A stretch of DNA of 64,000 bases from Monocercomonoides exilis PA203 (GCA_001643675.2 LSRY02000036.1:186001-250000), one strand, 5' to 3'; shown: positions 50,540 through 63,669, counted from the stretch's first letter. Notes: generated from the letters alone by a model not told the origin. Numbers and translations are program-made.

Positions 50540-53500
50540 CAAAAAATGTTGAAATACGATCTGAAGAAGAAGAAGATGATAATGACTATGATGATAAATC
50601 AGATGGTAACTGTGACAAAATCAGAGCAAGGAGGATAGTTGCAGGTGAAGATGAAAGAGCATCCTTTAACAAATGAGAAAGAATTCGAGAAAGTTGACTT
50701 CGCATCGTCGAATTATTAGGAACTGTTCCAGATGGCTGGGAGAAAAGAAAGAGAAGGAGATGTTCGTTGATAACGCTGAAGTGGAAGAGAATTAGTCGAA
50801 GGAAAAGGGAGGGAAACTGAGGATGGAGAATTTTTTGATGTGAATGACGGAAAAGAGGAAGGAGAGGGGGAATTCGAAAGAGAAGAAAAAAGTTACTGAG
50901 ATGAGGTGGAGCTCGTCTGGATCTGATGGAGAAGTATAGCTGAGAATTAGTCTATCTTTATCTGACAGGAAAGTTCTCCTCCTTCTCCACTTGCTGTTCC
51001 TGACGCATTCATCTCACTGCCAACAGAAGTTGTATTAGCTCCATTAGCAGCAGCGTTTGAAGATCCACTCAGTTCCTGTGAATTTGTTGTCATATTCGAT
51101 ACAATTGAAAATGCCAATGAAGTAGACTGAGACACAGCTGCTTGCTGAGAAGATGCAGAAGAGGAATGTGTAGCTTGTTGTGAGGATGCAGCACAAACAG
51201 ACTTCTATCGCTGGATGTGAGAGGCAGAAATGGACATCGAAGGAGAAGAAGAAGGTTTCTTGACATGGTGTGTCTCGAATATGGCTGAAATATTGTGAAA
51301 CAGGTCCTTCTTCACCATCAACTTACGAAGAGCGGTGACAAAAGCGATGAGTGCAGTGCGCGTGGCCAGCAGACAAAGCAGCAGGCGATTGGACAACGCG
51401 GCAGAAGGTCCGAGGGGCTGCGTGGAGAATGAGATGATGGCAGGTGTTGTGATGGAGGATGACATGGACTGAGAAATGGAAATAGAAGCGACGCAGGAGG
51501 TGAATAGAGAAGGGATGGAGAACACGGAAGATGAAGTGAAAGATGCTGAAAGCAGCTTTGAAGGCAGAGTGCGGACGATTGAAGTGAGCAAATGAAAAAG
51601 CGGGGGAGGGCACATGTTGACAAGAGGCATCCACGAAAACTTGAGAGAAGAAGGCAGAATCGAATGCTGCTCTCCTTTCTGTGGATGTTAAATGTGCAGC
51701 AGAGCAAACTGAATAGATGGATTTGTCAGTTCGAACAGAGTTTCTCCGATGAATGGGACGCATGCTGTTCTTTGAGGATGAACAAAAATTGCATTTTCTA
51801 AGGCAGACAGCAATATTAACTTGTCTTTGATAAAGACAGACGAAGTAAACAGAAGCGGGTCTCATTATATTCGTATTGACTGCAAATGTTTCATTATCAA
51901 TTGTGTTCAAAGAGAATCCATTGTCATTCTTTCTATTGATCTTATTCTACACATCAGACACATTTCCAAATGTTTTTCTCTCTTCGCAGAACAGCTCAAC
52001 TGTGTCTCTTGCCTCGTCCCTTCCTTCCTCAGCTTCTCTTCTTCTCCTCTCCACACATTCATCTCCTTTTTCATGTTCTCCACCAGTTGCGCATCTCTCA
52101 CAGCATCTTCTCCTCCCAAGCTGAACAGCCTCATTCCACACAGCAGATTCAAAAACTTGTTCGCATCATTCGCCAATATTCCCCCTGTTGCACCGGCATG
52201 AGATGATGGAATCGTAATGGGCTTCAGGGTCTGTGGCAACTTGAATTGATTCAAAAAATGGGACAGCGCTTTTCCGAGTGAGAGGAGCAAAGCAGCGCCT
52301 TCTTTCTTCCCAACCTGCTGCATCGACCACAAAACAGTGTCTCCAGCCCTGTCTTCAGTCTGCCTTTCCTCCCAAACAGAATGATAATCCCAAAGTCATC
52401 CACTCCTCCACCATAAAATCCTCCTCCATTGGAATTAATATAAGCGCAACCTGTCTGGCTAGGCAAACTCGCTAATAAACAAGCCGTGGCAAACCCGTTC
52501 GCCGCAGCTGTTCTGAGGCGTGTTTGCGTTGATCTGTCGAGTGCTGCTCTGATATCAGACAAGACAGGATGAATTCGTGAAACTGAAACAGCAGCCAAAC
52601 TGTGATTGCTGTGTCTTCTGTGCGGGTTCTGCCTGGCTTCTCTGCATCCGTCTGAGCCAATTGCGTTCTCGTCTTATTTCTCTTCGTTTTCCTTTGTGGA
52701 CTTGGCTGAAGGAAAGGTGAACTGCAGATGGGTTGGACTGAGCTCTCCGCAGACGATGGTTAAGGTGTGTGAGAAAGTGACATGCGACTTCTTCTGATTG
52801 CTCTTTTGGGATATCGATGAAAACATCTTTGGCTGTTTGTGAGGGAAGCGCAGGGCAGGGCGTGAAGTTAAGTCTTCTTCTCTTTCTATCGTCTTATCTG
52901 TCTCATCGGCATTTGATGTGTCAGCAGATCGTGATATATCGAAATAATCTTCATCATAGCTAACGTAACTATCATCGCTATCGTCATTGTCATCATCTTC
53001 ACTGTCTTCTTCTGCTTCTTCAGTGTCTGCTGCACCTGCTCCGTTCACTCACTCTTTCATCTCTTCATCTCGAACAAATAGAACATGTTCTTCCCTTTCC
53101 CTCTCGGTCAGATCTTTCTTTTGAGCGTCTTTGCCTTGATTTCCTCTTCCTGAACGAGATTTGAAGGCAGCAGAAGGAAGACTGGCTTGATTAGAGGAAT
53201 AATACTTCCATGTGTCAGCTTCAGTATGTTCTTCTTCTTCTTCGTAAGTGCCTCCTTCTTCTGCCTCTCTTCATCTCAACTGAATTAAATGTTGTTTCGA
53301 CTGAGCTGTTTTCTCTAATTTTTACTGAGTTGAATGTGGCAGAGGTGCCATATTCAAAAACAGATCTGCTCTTTTTCGGTGTCTGCCGGCTGGCTTGTGT
53401 GCTTGTCATGGATATCTTTGCACTGAGAATCCTGTCTAACTCCACGTCTTCTTCTTCTTCCTCCTCCTCCTTATCATCCACTTCCTCGTCATAGCCATTC

Positions 53501-54700
53501 CCATCAATGTCACTTCTGCTTCTTCCACTTGTCTCACGAGTGTCAGGCTCAGAAGAGTCAAATGTGATGCTGCCATCTGCCATACATAGCAGCTCCAGCT
53601 CTCTCGAAAGCAGCTCACTCAAAACAGCATCTGAACCGATTGTTGGACTTGTTTTGGATTGGATTGCTTTTCCTTTCGCTTTTCCTTTCCCTCTCACACT
53701 CGCTTGCCCTCTCCGTTTCCCTCCTCTTTGCATGCTATATTCCAATTCATCTGATGGAAGCTCATCAAACACAGAAAAAATTCTTCCCTTCTCTTTCTCC
53801 ATTCTTTTTTCTCCTTTCTCCTTTCTCCTTTCTCCTTTCTCCTCTTCCTTCACTTTCTCTTTGTTTCCAAGTTTCCTTTAACTCTCCAATGCGGCAGCTT
53901 TCTCCAAACACCTCGCATTCTGCGCTGTCGCATTAGCATTTGTTCATCCTTCGCTCTTCTGCCCCTGCTGACTCAGTCCCATTGCCGTCATCATCTTCTT
54001 CCTCCGCATCTTCGGTTTTCTTCCTCTTGAAATAGCTAGCTGAACTTTTTCCATCCCTACACGAAATAGCTTCTTCTTCTTGCTGCTACAATTATTATTA
54101 TTATTAATGTTATTTCCACTTCCTCCCATCTTGTTTGTCAGCCCCAGCACTTCTGATTTAAATTCTGGTGGAGCTATCCTTGATTTTGCATGTACTTTTT
54201 TTTACAGATCGTACGCTTGAAGGCAGCAAGCGCTTTTCTCCCTCTGCTTCGTTTGAGTGCTCTTCCGAATGCAGTTGGTGGCATGCTCAGCAGTGAAACA
54301 GAACAAGAAGAGGATGAAGAATTCTTTGTCTGAGTACTTGAAATCGTAAAAGAGGGAGCTGGAAAACCAACATTCGATGAGGCAGAGGCAGAAGAAGCAG
54401 CAGAAGCAAAAGTTGTATTGTTCTGAAGCAAATTTGCTGCTTTGAGCAACTTCGATGTGCGTGTTGTTGTTCTCGCCCTGCGTGAAAGTTTGATTTGAGG
54501 AGAGAATTTATTCAGCGTATGTGTCGAGGCAGCTGTTCTGACTGATTTTTCAGGCGATTCTGTTTTGTTTGCCACAAAAGAAGTGGAAGAAGACTGAAGA
54601 TTGAGTGAATTTGAGCTTCCTTCTTTCACTTTTGTGTTGGTTAGCTGTTCTTCACTGGCTTTGTTTGGATCATTTAGTGAGTTGTTAGCATCGTAACTTT
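50540..54700 (-). pseudogene. Large Ser/Glu-rich hypothetical gene broken by stops and frameshifts
   Basis: Chain of abutting minus-strand ORFs (54174..54629, 53221..53853, 52674..53048, 51907..52332, 51205..51630, 50947..51135) with coding-like composition; no domain recognised. Confidence 0.45.
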
Positions 54701-56099
54701 CATTCCAATTTTCATTTTCCTCTTTCTTTTCTTTCCTTTCTCGCTGCTAGAATGGATAAAATAAAATAACAAGCATAGCATTTACATTAAACAGCTCTCC
54801 GAAAAGGCGAATATAAATTCAAGCTTATCATGAAAAAATTCCGCTGTTTCTCCTCATTTCTCTGCAACTCAAACACCGAGCAGCAAGGCTCTTTCCTCAA
54901 GTGAAAAGCAATGAGAAATAAAAAAATATCCCTTCTTTCCAAGAATTACAAAAAAAAACAGGAGTAAAAGATTTCAAAAGAATAGAAAAAATAATTAATT
55001 ATTGAGAAAATATCCGAAGGACAAATAACGTCAAACCTGTTTTAATGTATTAAGAAACGGAAAACAACAAAATTCAACTATGGCTTCAGTTGAGAAAGAG
55101 CCACAGAATTTCCACAAAGAAAAACGAAAGAAATATTCAAAATTTTATAATAGAATCTTTGGCAAATTAAGAAAAATTTCGAAAATAAAGTATCAACACG
55201 AAATTTCAAACCTTTTTCATCATAAAAATCCCATTTCATATTTCGATTTTTATGTTGATCTGCAATTTGCAGAAATGCATATTAATTGCTCATAGATAAA
55301 ATTTATATGTTGTTGAAGTGTTTCATGAGGTTGATAACGATTTCTGCAATTCTCCACGTTATGAAAAAATTTTCATGATCATTGAGATCATTTTATATCG
55401 AAAAGTTTTTTGTTGATCTGTGTGAAAAAATTCATGATGATTTTTTTTTTGAGTTTGTTTGTTTTCTATATATGGCATTGCGATATGGAAGAAATAAAAA
55501 TGATTTCAAAAAGAAAAATGCTTGTATATTCGAATTTGAGTTTTTTTTTCGAAATGGAAAAAAGATCAGTGAAATGAAAAATAAACATATTAAAAAATTA
55601 CAGTCGAACACCAATCAATATGACAAAAAAAACTTAAAGTACTTCATGATATTAATCATTTGAAAAATAGAAAACGATCAGAATATTTTTTATCAGATTC
55701 AATAACTTTCAAAAAAACATAATTCTATCACATAATCATAAAACAATCACAAATAAACAACTGAAAAATCAACAATTTTGAACAATATAAAATATAAGAA
55801 AAATCTATACTATAACAACAAATTCACGGAATCAAATACAATTCCTAACAAAAAAGAATACTTATATAAAAAGTTCAAAAACTGACTTGTCTATTTTCCC
55901 TCTGTTCTCCATCCACTCTCCCCTTTCTGATATTTCTCTAACTTTGACTCAAAAAGATCAAATCCAACAAAGAAAAAAGACAAGCACAATGATAAAACAA
56001 CATTTCACACTCTCGTCAACTCTCTCTTCCAAAGACCTCACTCAAAGATCTATGAATTCCCTCATAACTCTCTCTATTAATGAATCTCGATTAATACAA

Positions 56100-56330
56100 A
56101 TATAATAGGGACAATAACCAATTCAATTATAGGGACATTATAGGGACAAAAACCACAAGAAAGCAATCGGATTCTAACTGTTGTGCACCTGGGAGGCTGT
56201 TCGTCGTATCCAGGTCCGGATAAAGCAGCCCGAAGGCTGCAATATCTAATACGAACAGTCATGTCCAGCACCCTTCCGATAGAGTGCCAGCTAAGCATGC
56301 ACAATAACCAGTTTCTTAATAAGGGACACC
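56100..56330 (-). ncRNA. Candidate structured RNA or SINE-like insert between 10-bp direct repeats
   Basis: GC-rich island with a C(UUCG)G hairpin at 56225..56240 and a multi-branch fold whose G-U pairs form only on the minus strand; ATTAATACAA at 56090..56099 and 56331..56340. Confidence 0.6.
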
Positions 56331-57608
56331 ATTAATACAATTTTGAGATTCATTAATAGAAGAAGAGTCAAGAAGAAGCTCAAATCTCCTTGAAGGAAGA
56401 TCTTGAGAAGATTGAGAAAGAAGAGAAGAGTTAGATGATGTGATAACAGAGTGAAATGACTTACTTGAACGTTGAACTTTCTCTTTCATTGTCGAAGATT
56501 CGAGGGCAACAAGAGTGCGTTGAGGAAGATATCCAACAGCTGAAGCACAGACATATGAGCCTTTGCGCTCAAAATACAAGGAGTCCTTCATGTGAGGGAC
56601 TGACAATGAAGGCCATGAAATTTGCCAAGATGGCACATATTCTTCAAAGTACCTCTCATGCACAGAGTCATTGATAGATGATGACAATGGGGAGTTGTTT
56701 GATGAGGATGATTGAAAAATGTCTTGTTGTGATGTCGAAGAAGCTGATGTCGAAGTGTTCATATTGTTTTCGAAGAAGTTGATCAAGTCATGAAGTGTGG
56801 TGATGTGTTCAGTCGAAAGATTGTTGTCGATTGCATTAACTAACGAATCAAATTCACTATCACAGATATTCTTTCCGTGGTGCTCAGCAAAGAAATTGAG
56901 TTGAGTATTTTTCTTTTTGAGAAGTTTGGATTGTTTTGAGAGGATGAAGTGAAGGAGGAAGCGATTTCAGTTATGTGGGTCAGAATCGCAGAAGAACTTA
57001 AAAGTGTGAGTGTCTGAGAAGAAGTGTCTTTTGATCACAGATTCCAGACACTCAATAACAAATCTGTGATCATTTGAGAGGCAGTCGGAGAAGAAGTTGA
57101 ATGTTCGTTTTATTTGTTGATTATTAATTTTTTGAAGAGAGATGGTTGTGAATTGAGAAACTTGTTGATAGTTGAAGTATTCTTGTTGAAGTTGGTTCTT
57201 TCTGATGGGGAGTTTCCATTTTTCTTTAAAGTCGAAGACGAAGACTGCTTCTCCCTTCACATTATCAACTGTTGATTGATAATGTTTTCGTTGCATTTCT
57301 GCAACAAGTCTGAGTTGTCGAAGAAGTTTCAGAGTTTGAAACTCGGCAGAAGAAAGTCCATTTTTGTTTTGTGAAGATTTGAATTTATTCTCCAAATAGT
57401 CCAACTTCTCACACATTCCACAAAGATCTGCACATCTTTTCACTTTCGAGAAGTTGGTAGTAAGTTTGAAGAAGTGTGACAGAGAAACTTTGATGTTTGT
57501 TTCTTCTGAAAACTCTCTCCATAATTTTGTCTTGGGCTTGAAGATTAATCTCTTTTCATTGGGAGAAAAGATGCCCGTTTTCTTTCTTCTTTCTTTCAAA
57601 GCTTCCAA
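56316..57608 (-). pseudogene. Sola-like DDE/DDD transposase domain with one in-frame TGA
   Basis: DLCGMC, VFDFKE, FFCDSDPHN*NRF, NFFAEHHGKNICDSEF; ORFs 56967..57608 and 56316..56786 are in the same frame. The superfamily call comes from motif memory. Confidence 0.7.
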
Positions 57609-57676
57609 TCCATATGAAGATGTGATTGATGATGATTGTTGTGGAACGGAAGTTGTAAAATGAGAGGGGTTTTAGA

Positions 57677-57824
<148 letters not shown>

Positions 57825-57881
57825 TAAGTTATTTGAAGTGTTTTAATTTGATGTTTCTGAAGAAGATGATGAACCACCAAA

Positions 57882-59024
57882 TTAAAGAGTTGACAGTGTT
57901 GGCCTTGTTTTTTCCTTGATATAGAATGAAAGAAAAGGTGTGTGACCCTGGTAGAAAAGATCTTTCGATGATGAATTCCAATTATCATTATCAAATTCGG
58001 TCATATCAGCATCATTGCAAACATTCCATTTGACATCATGTCCATTTATCCTTTTTACAACAGCAATGCAGTGTCCATTTCTTTGATCCAAACGCTTAAA
58101 TAGTATTTGTACTGAAAGATGATAAATGATAGTTTCCTTATTGCTCTCTTGAAGATGTTGAATGTTTTCTGTTAAAAACCCTTTGCAGAACGTGCGCTGG
58201 TTAGTACGATCAGTTTCAATAAGAAGCGTTCTCGAAGGCGCAGAACTAGCAGAATCAGTGCATTCATGACAGAGAGCTAGCACATCTGGAAATGCAGCCA
58301 TTTCCTCCCATCTCGCAGCACAGCATTTTCCCCTGCATTCATCGCAATAAACATTGTTCTTTCCGTTCAATATCTCAGTTGAAAAGAGAGAAGATAGACC
58401 TTTATGAGGAGAAGATGAATTAATAACTACATTGTTGACAATTTCATTGAAACGTGATGAAATTTTTTGGCATTTTCGGCATTTGAAATGAGTGATTAAA
58501 ACAGGATTGAAGGTGTCCTTATTTATCAACTCATCTTTTTGAAGAAGTTGGTGAAGATTGTCAAATGCTTCAGCCACGTTTTGCTGCTGTCTGCTTCCAA
58601 ATCCACAAAACGTTTCCCATCTGTTGACAAGCAATGGGACGCACGAACGCGCTGTAATTCCATCTTTAGCAAGTTGATTGCAAACGCTAATAACACGTGA
58701 AGATAAATTGTTTTTGAATAAAATGGTTTTAAGTAATGATTGTTTTTGTGAAGTAATTGAAGACATGCATTGAAGAAGAGAAGCCAAATAGCAAGTGTTT
58801 CCCAAGTTTGGTAATCCATTTGTTATTTGTGATGATGTTTTCGAAGAATTTAATGATTTTGAAAAAGATTGAGAATGAGAATTATTTTTTGTTGACTTTT
58901 CTTTAGCATTCTTTTTTGAAATATTTTTTGAAGAATCACTTTGTTGATATATTTCGTTATTTGAAGATTGAATGCTTTGTTGTTGATGTGTTGAAATGTC
59001 ATTCTCTTTTGAAAATGAAGAATA
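57882..59024 (-). CDS. Ubiquitin-specific protease (peptidase C19) domain of the transposon polyprotein
   Basis: Cys box GLPNLGNTCYLASLLQC, QQQNVAEAF, two CxxC pairs, His box GHCIAVVK...WNVCND; frame stays open up to the insertion at 59025. Confidence 0.85.
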   Translation of the reverse strand, partial: YSSFSKENDISTHQQQSIQSSNNEIYQQSDSSKNISKKNAKEKSTKNNSHSQSFSKSLNSSKTSSQITNGLPNLGNTCYLASLLQCMSSITSQKQSLLKTILFKNNLSSRVISVCNQLAKDGITARSCVPLLVNRWETFCGFGSRQQQNVAEAFDNLHQLLQKDELINKDTFNPVLITHFKCRKCQKISSRFNEIVNNVVINSSSPHKGLSSLFSTEILNGKNNVYCDECRGKCCAARWEEMAAFPDVLALCHECTDSASSAPSRTLLIETDRTNQRTFCKGFLTENIQHLQESNKETIIYHLSVQILFKRLDQRNGHCIAVVKRINGHDVKWNVCNDADMTEFDNDNWNSSSKDLFYQGHTPFLSFYIKEKTRPTLSTL

Positions 59025-59032
59025 GAGATTTT

Positions 59033-62000
59033 GGCATAGGTCTGAATCGTACCATTTTGTTTAAGGCTTTAAAAATTCTGAAATTTACATACTAATATTC
59101 GTAATAATTATTGGTAATTGAAACCACTCGGAATGAAGCAAAAAAACAATGTTGAATAACACCAAAAAATTTTTCGATCAACTAACCATATAATTATTAA
59201 ATACTGATCTATCCCACAATAATATGTTTTTGAAATTTCTGAAGGAGTTTGTTAGCTTCATAGCTCATTATATATATTCATGCATGTGGTGAATGCATTT
59301 TTGAATTTTTTTGAATTGAATTTTTGATTGATATTTTCGAGATCTTCGCTAATGAATGCCATTGCTTAGTACGTTTTTTTTGCTGTAATAAGATCGATAA
59401 ATGAGAGATGCTTGATCATTTTGGTTTCCGTTCGAATTCACATGTTTTTATGTGTACAAGGAATAAATCGAAAACTGCGGAAATATTGTCTTTCATGATA
59501 ACGATACTTCGAATGGAAGAGCTATTTTCTTATACGACCTGTCATCTGATGCTTTCGGTTTAATAATGCTTGTTCAATGACTGCTCTGTATGTTGTTGTG
59601 GTGGAGGAATTATGCGTTGTTCAATCAGTTCAATCAAGATCGAGAACAACTCATTCAATGCTTGTACTGCCCAAAAAAATTATGGAGGAGGGATGTATGC
59701 CAGGTCTATTTCATCTTGTGTAATGATCAGTGGGTGCGAGTTCCAGAAATGTAAAGCGAATAGCGTCGGAGGTGGACTTTATCTTCATGATTTTAATGCT
59801 TCTGGATCTTCCTGTATTGGAGCAGAAAATGATATTGAGGAGAGCTCTTGTGTGTTTGAGTGCTTATTCACTTCATGTTCACTTACGAACAATTATGGCG
59901 GAGGAATGTTTTGTAGAAGTGCACCTGAACAATTCAAAATGAGGAGCATTCAATTCATTTCATGTTCTGCGATGTCAATTGGAGGAGGATTGTATTTTGA
60001 ACCAAAGAACACAGCAGTTCCAACTGATAATTTTTATTGTTATTTTCTTTTCTTTCATGAATGCAAGTGCAGCGATTCCGATCAATTTGGTCATGATGTG
60101 TGTTTTCGAGATTATTACAATCTTTTTTCATTGAATAGCCCATTTTATGAGTCGTATACAACAAATAGCGATAATAGGAGAGTGTGCTATGGATATTTAC
60201 AATCCGGCAGTTGGGTGAATCAAGACACACAAAAGAAGGATTGGCTGAAGGAGGGAATGAAAGATAGATATGTTGGGGTGGGTGGGAATGATGAATATGA
60301 ACTATGTGGGGCAAATGAATCAAATCCGTGCAAAACGGTGAAGAAGGCCTTCGAGATGTGTGAGGTGCAGATTAGCTTGGCAATCACACTGATGGACGGG
60401 AATCACGCAAGCGAGACAGCAACAATTGATATTGGATCAAAGAAGATTTCAGTTATTGGGATGGGCAAAGAGAAGAGTTCGATTGGGACAGGAGCCCTTT
60501 CATCAGCTGGAGCTTTGTTCAGTGCATCAACAGGTCATCTTGATTTATTGCAAATGAATATTGATTGCAACTTAACAGCAGGAACTTCATCGAGAATGTT
60601 TGTGGTATCAGTGAGAAGCGGAATTCTTTCACTGATAGATGTGGTGATCAATTTGTCAACATCAGAAGGGAGAGCGTTTCCGAAATGTGCGCTTGAAATG
60701 GAATTGAGGCAGCTGACGACGGATGGAGTGAGATTTATAAGTCAATTAAACTGCATCTTCTCAAAGATTGAATTGCCAACTTAAAGGGAACCGAAATCAA
60801 AACTTGATCCTATAAGATGCTATTGCCAAAATGAGAAGTGCTTGGTTTCTTATAATTTAGATTCACTACTCATTTGTCGAACTCTAAATTTTCAAATAAA
60901 AAATATTATATTACAATATTGAAAAAATGTTAGAATAAATGTTTTTTTTTTAAATGAACTTTCACAAATTCGTCACAAAATTCGAAACAAAAGCAAAACA
61001 AAACATTCATGTGTTGTATTTTATCGAGTTTTGTGTTATAAAAAGTGAATGAAAGAAAAAATTGATTATGGAACAAAAATGTGCAAACCCAGAATAGCTC
61101 TGAAAAAAGGAAATCAACAATTTTAATGAAAAAAACAGAGAATACAGAGATTATAATCACTCTTAAAAATTACAAGATATTTTTTTTGTGAATTTACAAG
61201 GATATTTCCAATCCCTTCATGCATATCACAATATAAATGCCCTCCTTTCCTTCATCTTTTTTCTCTTGTCACAGCATGATCCACTCACTCCAAATGTTCT
61301 TCATCTCCCTCTTCTTTCTGCGCCCTTCCAAAATCCAACTGCCACTCAACCTCACTCAACAAACACATCTGCTCCATGGGGCATATTCCCATCCAGCTTC
61401 CTTTCATCAGCTTCATCTTCACCCCCCAACAACCTGTCATTCATCATTCTTTCTCTTTCTTCTGTCTGCTTTTCTCAGCCTTACTGCTCCGAAACACACA
61501 GCATCTATCTCCTCCTTCATCGTTACCAGCAACTTTGCAGTGCAAAAAAATCATCGCGCCCACAAACATTCCTCACCCTATTTCTTTTTCCCTCCTCAAC
61601 ATTTCCAATTTGCGATTCTTTTTCTTCTCTTTCTTCTTCTTTCGCCAACTTTCCAAAAAATCCCATCTTTATCACAATTCCTCTTGCATTCTTGACCAAC
61701 TTTTTCTAACATTCAGCACCTTTCCATTCTTCCAATTTTCATGCCAGATTTTCCACAACAGCTCCATTGAACATCCCCGCCACAATCCATTTGCTTTTAT
61801 TCTATTCTTCTTCCTTCAAGTGTTCTTGAAAATGATATTCAACCAAGTATTTCTTCTTCTTCTTTGTTTCCACTGAAGTTTATGAACCATCAAACTTTCT
61901 ATATCTTCATTCAATACATTCCTCTCATTCATGCACCTAAATCCTTTCTAAAACAGCTATTCTCCTCTTTCAAGCTGAACCATCGTGTTCATGAACATAG

Positions 62001-62549
62001 AAATGAAGAATGCATATTCAATCGAAACTTTTTCAAGCATATAAATTTTAAAATATTAATACACAATAAATTCAACAAAGAATATTAAAAAAAATTTATT
62101 GTAATCTTCAAAATTTAAAATGGAAACAAATTCATACTATTGGACATGCATTTGCCAACTTGTGTTTTTCATAAGCCCATTTTGATATCATATCATTTTG
62201 TGAAAGCGGATATATCGCGTATTTTCTTATTCAGAAATAATCACGATAGATAAAAGAATATTTGTCTTGACTTTCAAATTACAACATAATAAATTAAACA
62301 TTTTCTTCAATTATTGAACTAAAAACTCGCTTTTATTTCCACAAAGTCGCGAAATTGAATTTTAAATGACAGTTAGTGAAAATGAAAATATTATGGGAAG
62401 TTGATCGAAAAATTTTTTGGTGTTATTCAACATTGTTTTTTTGCTTCATTCCGAGTGGTTTCAATTACCAATAATTATTACGAATATTAGTATGTAAATT
62501 TCAGAATTTTTAAAGCCTTAAACAAAATGGTACGATTCAGACCTATGCC
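59033..62549. mobile_element. Non-autonomous TIR transposon (151-bp TIRs, GG ends, 8-bp TSD GAGATTTT; Merlin/MULE-like) carrying a host gene fragment
   Basis: 59033..59183 is the reverse complement of 62399..62549; GAGATTTT at 59025..59032 and 62550..62557; removing the element restores an open frame. Confidence 0.92.
59570..60784 (+). pseudogene. Captured fragment of Cys/Gly-rich beta-helix-like surface protein gene
   Basis: Repeated F..C.A...GGG(M/L)Y units, then YVGVGGND..CG....PCKTV; no ATG-led N-terminus; lies inside the TIR element. Confidence 0.7.
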
Positions 62550-63669
62550 GAGATTTTGAAATGCTTGAGGTGGAATTAATGTGGGAGAAGTGGCACATTC
62601 AATTAATTGATCACTAACCCACGCATCATCGTTGAAAAAGGAAGTGAAAGGTTCTTCAAAGGAAGAAGAATGTGTATTTTCATTTTGTTTCTTTTTGAAT
62701 GATGAGGAAGATGAGGAAGAAGAGGAAGAAGAGGAAGTGGATGACGATTGTTTTGTTTTGAAGAATTTGTGAATTGGAATGGGTGATGGAGATGAATGAC
62801 GTTTTTGATGTGATTTATTTGTTTTTCTTTTTGTTGATCTCCTTTCTCTCCTAATTGGAGTACTGATTGGGGCATCAACAGCTTGAGAAGAAGAAGAATT
62901 TGAAGAAGGAGAATTTTTTTCTGAAATGGTTTTTGAATTTTTATTGAGTTGGGATGATGTTGAAGAAGAAGAAGATTGTTTTTTATTTGAAGAAGAATTT
63001 TCTATAATTATTTCTTCATCCCAGGCATCTTCATCAATAAATCTGGCGTAATCTGGCTCAGCTCGCTGCTTTTTCTTTGTTGATTGAAGAGAAGTTGAGG
63101 CTTCAGTCGAATGGGCTAACATCCAGTTATTGCCCTTTTCCCAGTCCTGTTCATTTAAGCCTAAAATTAACAGAGAAAATTATTCATAAAAAATATTTAA
63201 TATAAACAAACCACTTTTGCAAGATGGAAGTTGAGGTTTCTGAGGCGGAATGATAAAACCTTGATTCTTCTTCAGCATTTGCTTCGCGTAAATAAATTTT
63301 CCCTCTGTGACATCATATCCATAGTCTTGTAAATCGGATAATGATGTGTTGCGGGAAAGCGCTTGCAGCATTATTGTCTGAGTGTGCAACGGAGCGTTGT
63401 TGTTCACCACAGACAGGTCTTCCAGCAGCTTTATGTGATATTCTGTTTCAAAAAAATAAATAATAAACAAATCAAAAAGAAAAAAATAACAGAGAGATAA
63501 AATAATATTTTTTACACAGTACAATATAATATAAAACAAAACCATTAAAAGACTTCAGTAAATCGTTAATAACAGAAGATGATTGCCTATTGTTGTAAAA
63601 GAGATATACGAGCAATGAATCAATATCGTCTCCACCAATTCGAGCATTTCGTTCCAAATAACTTTGCAT
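62550..63669 (-). CDS. N-terminal exons of the USP-transposase polyprotein
   Basis: Three exon segments separated by AT-rich GT-AG introns (~63445..63542 and ~63161..63211); the last runs ...PPQAFQNL into the TSD, in frame with the USP segment. Confidence 0.6.

Noticed and set aside
56208-56231. CAGGTCCGGATAAAGCAGCC resembles SRP RNA helix 8
   Set aside because: The spacing is one base short, the 3-bp stem with a GNRA loop cannot form, and the G-U pattern favours the opposite strand.
56174-56311. Hammerhead, HDV, twister or SECIS identity for the structured RNA
   Set aside because: No CUGANGA/GAAA core, no HDV P1.1 GG before P4, no twister core. AUGA is present but lacks the paired GA, and the in-frame TGA at 56967 is more simply explained as CGA>TGA.
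61188-62088. Transposase inside the 59-62.5 kb TIR element
   Set aside because: The purine-rich minus strand looks like decayed coding DNA, but I cannot find Merlin, MULE or hAT catalytic motifs.
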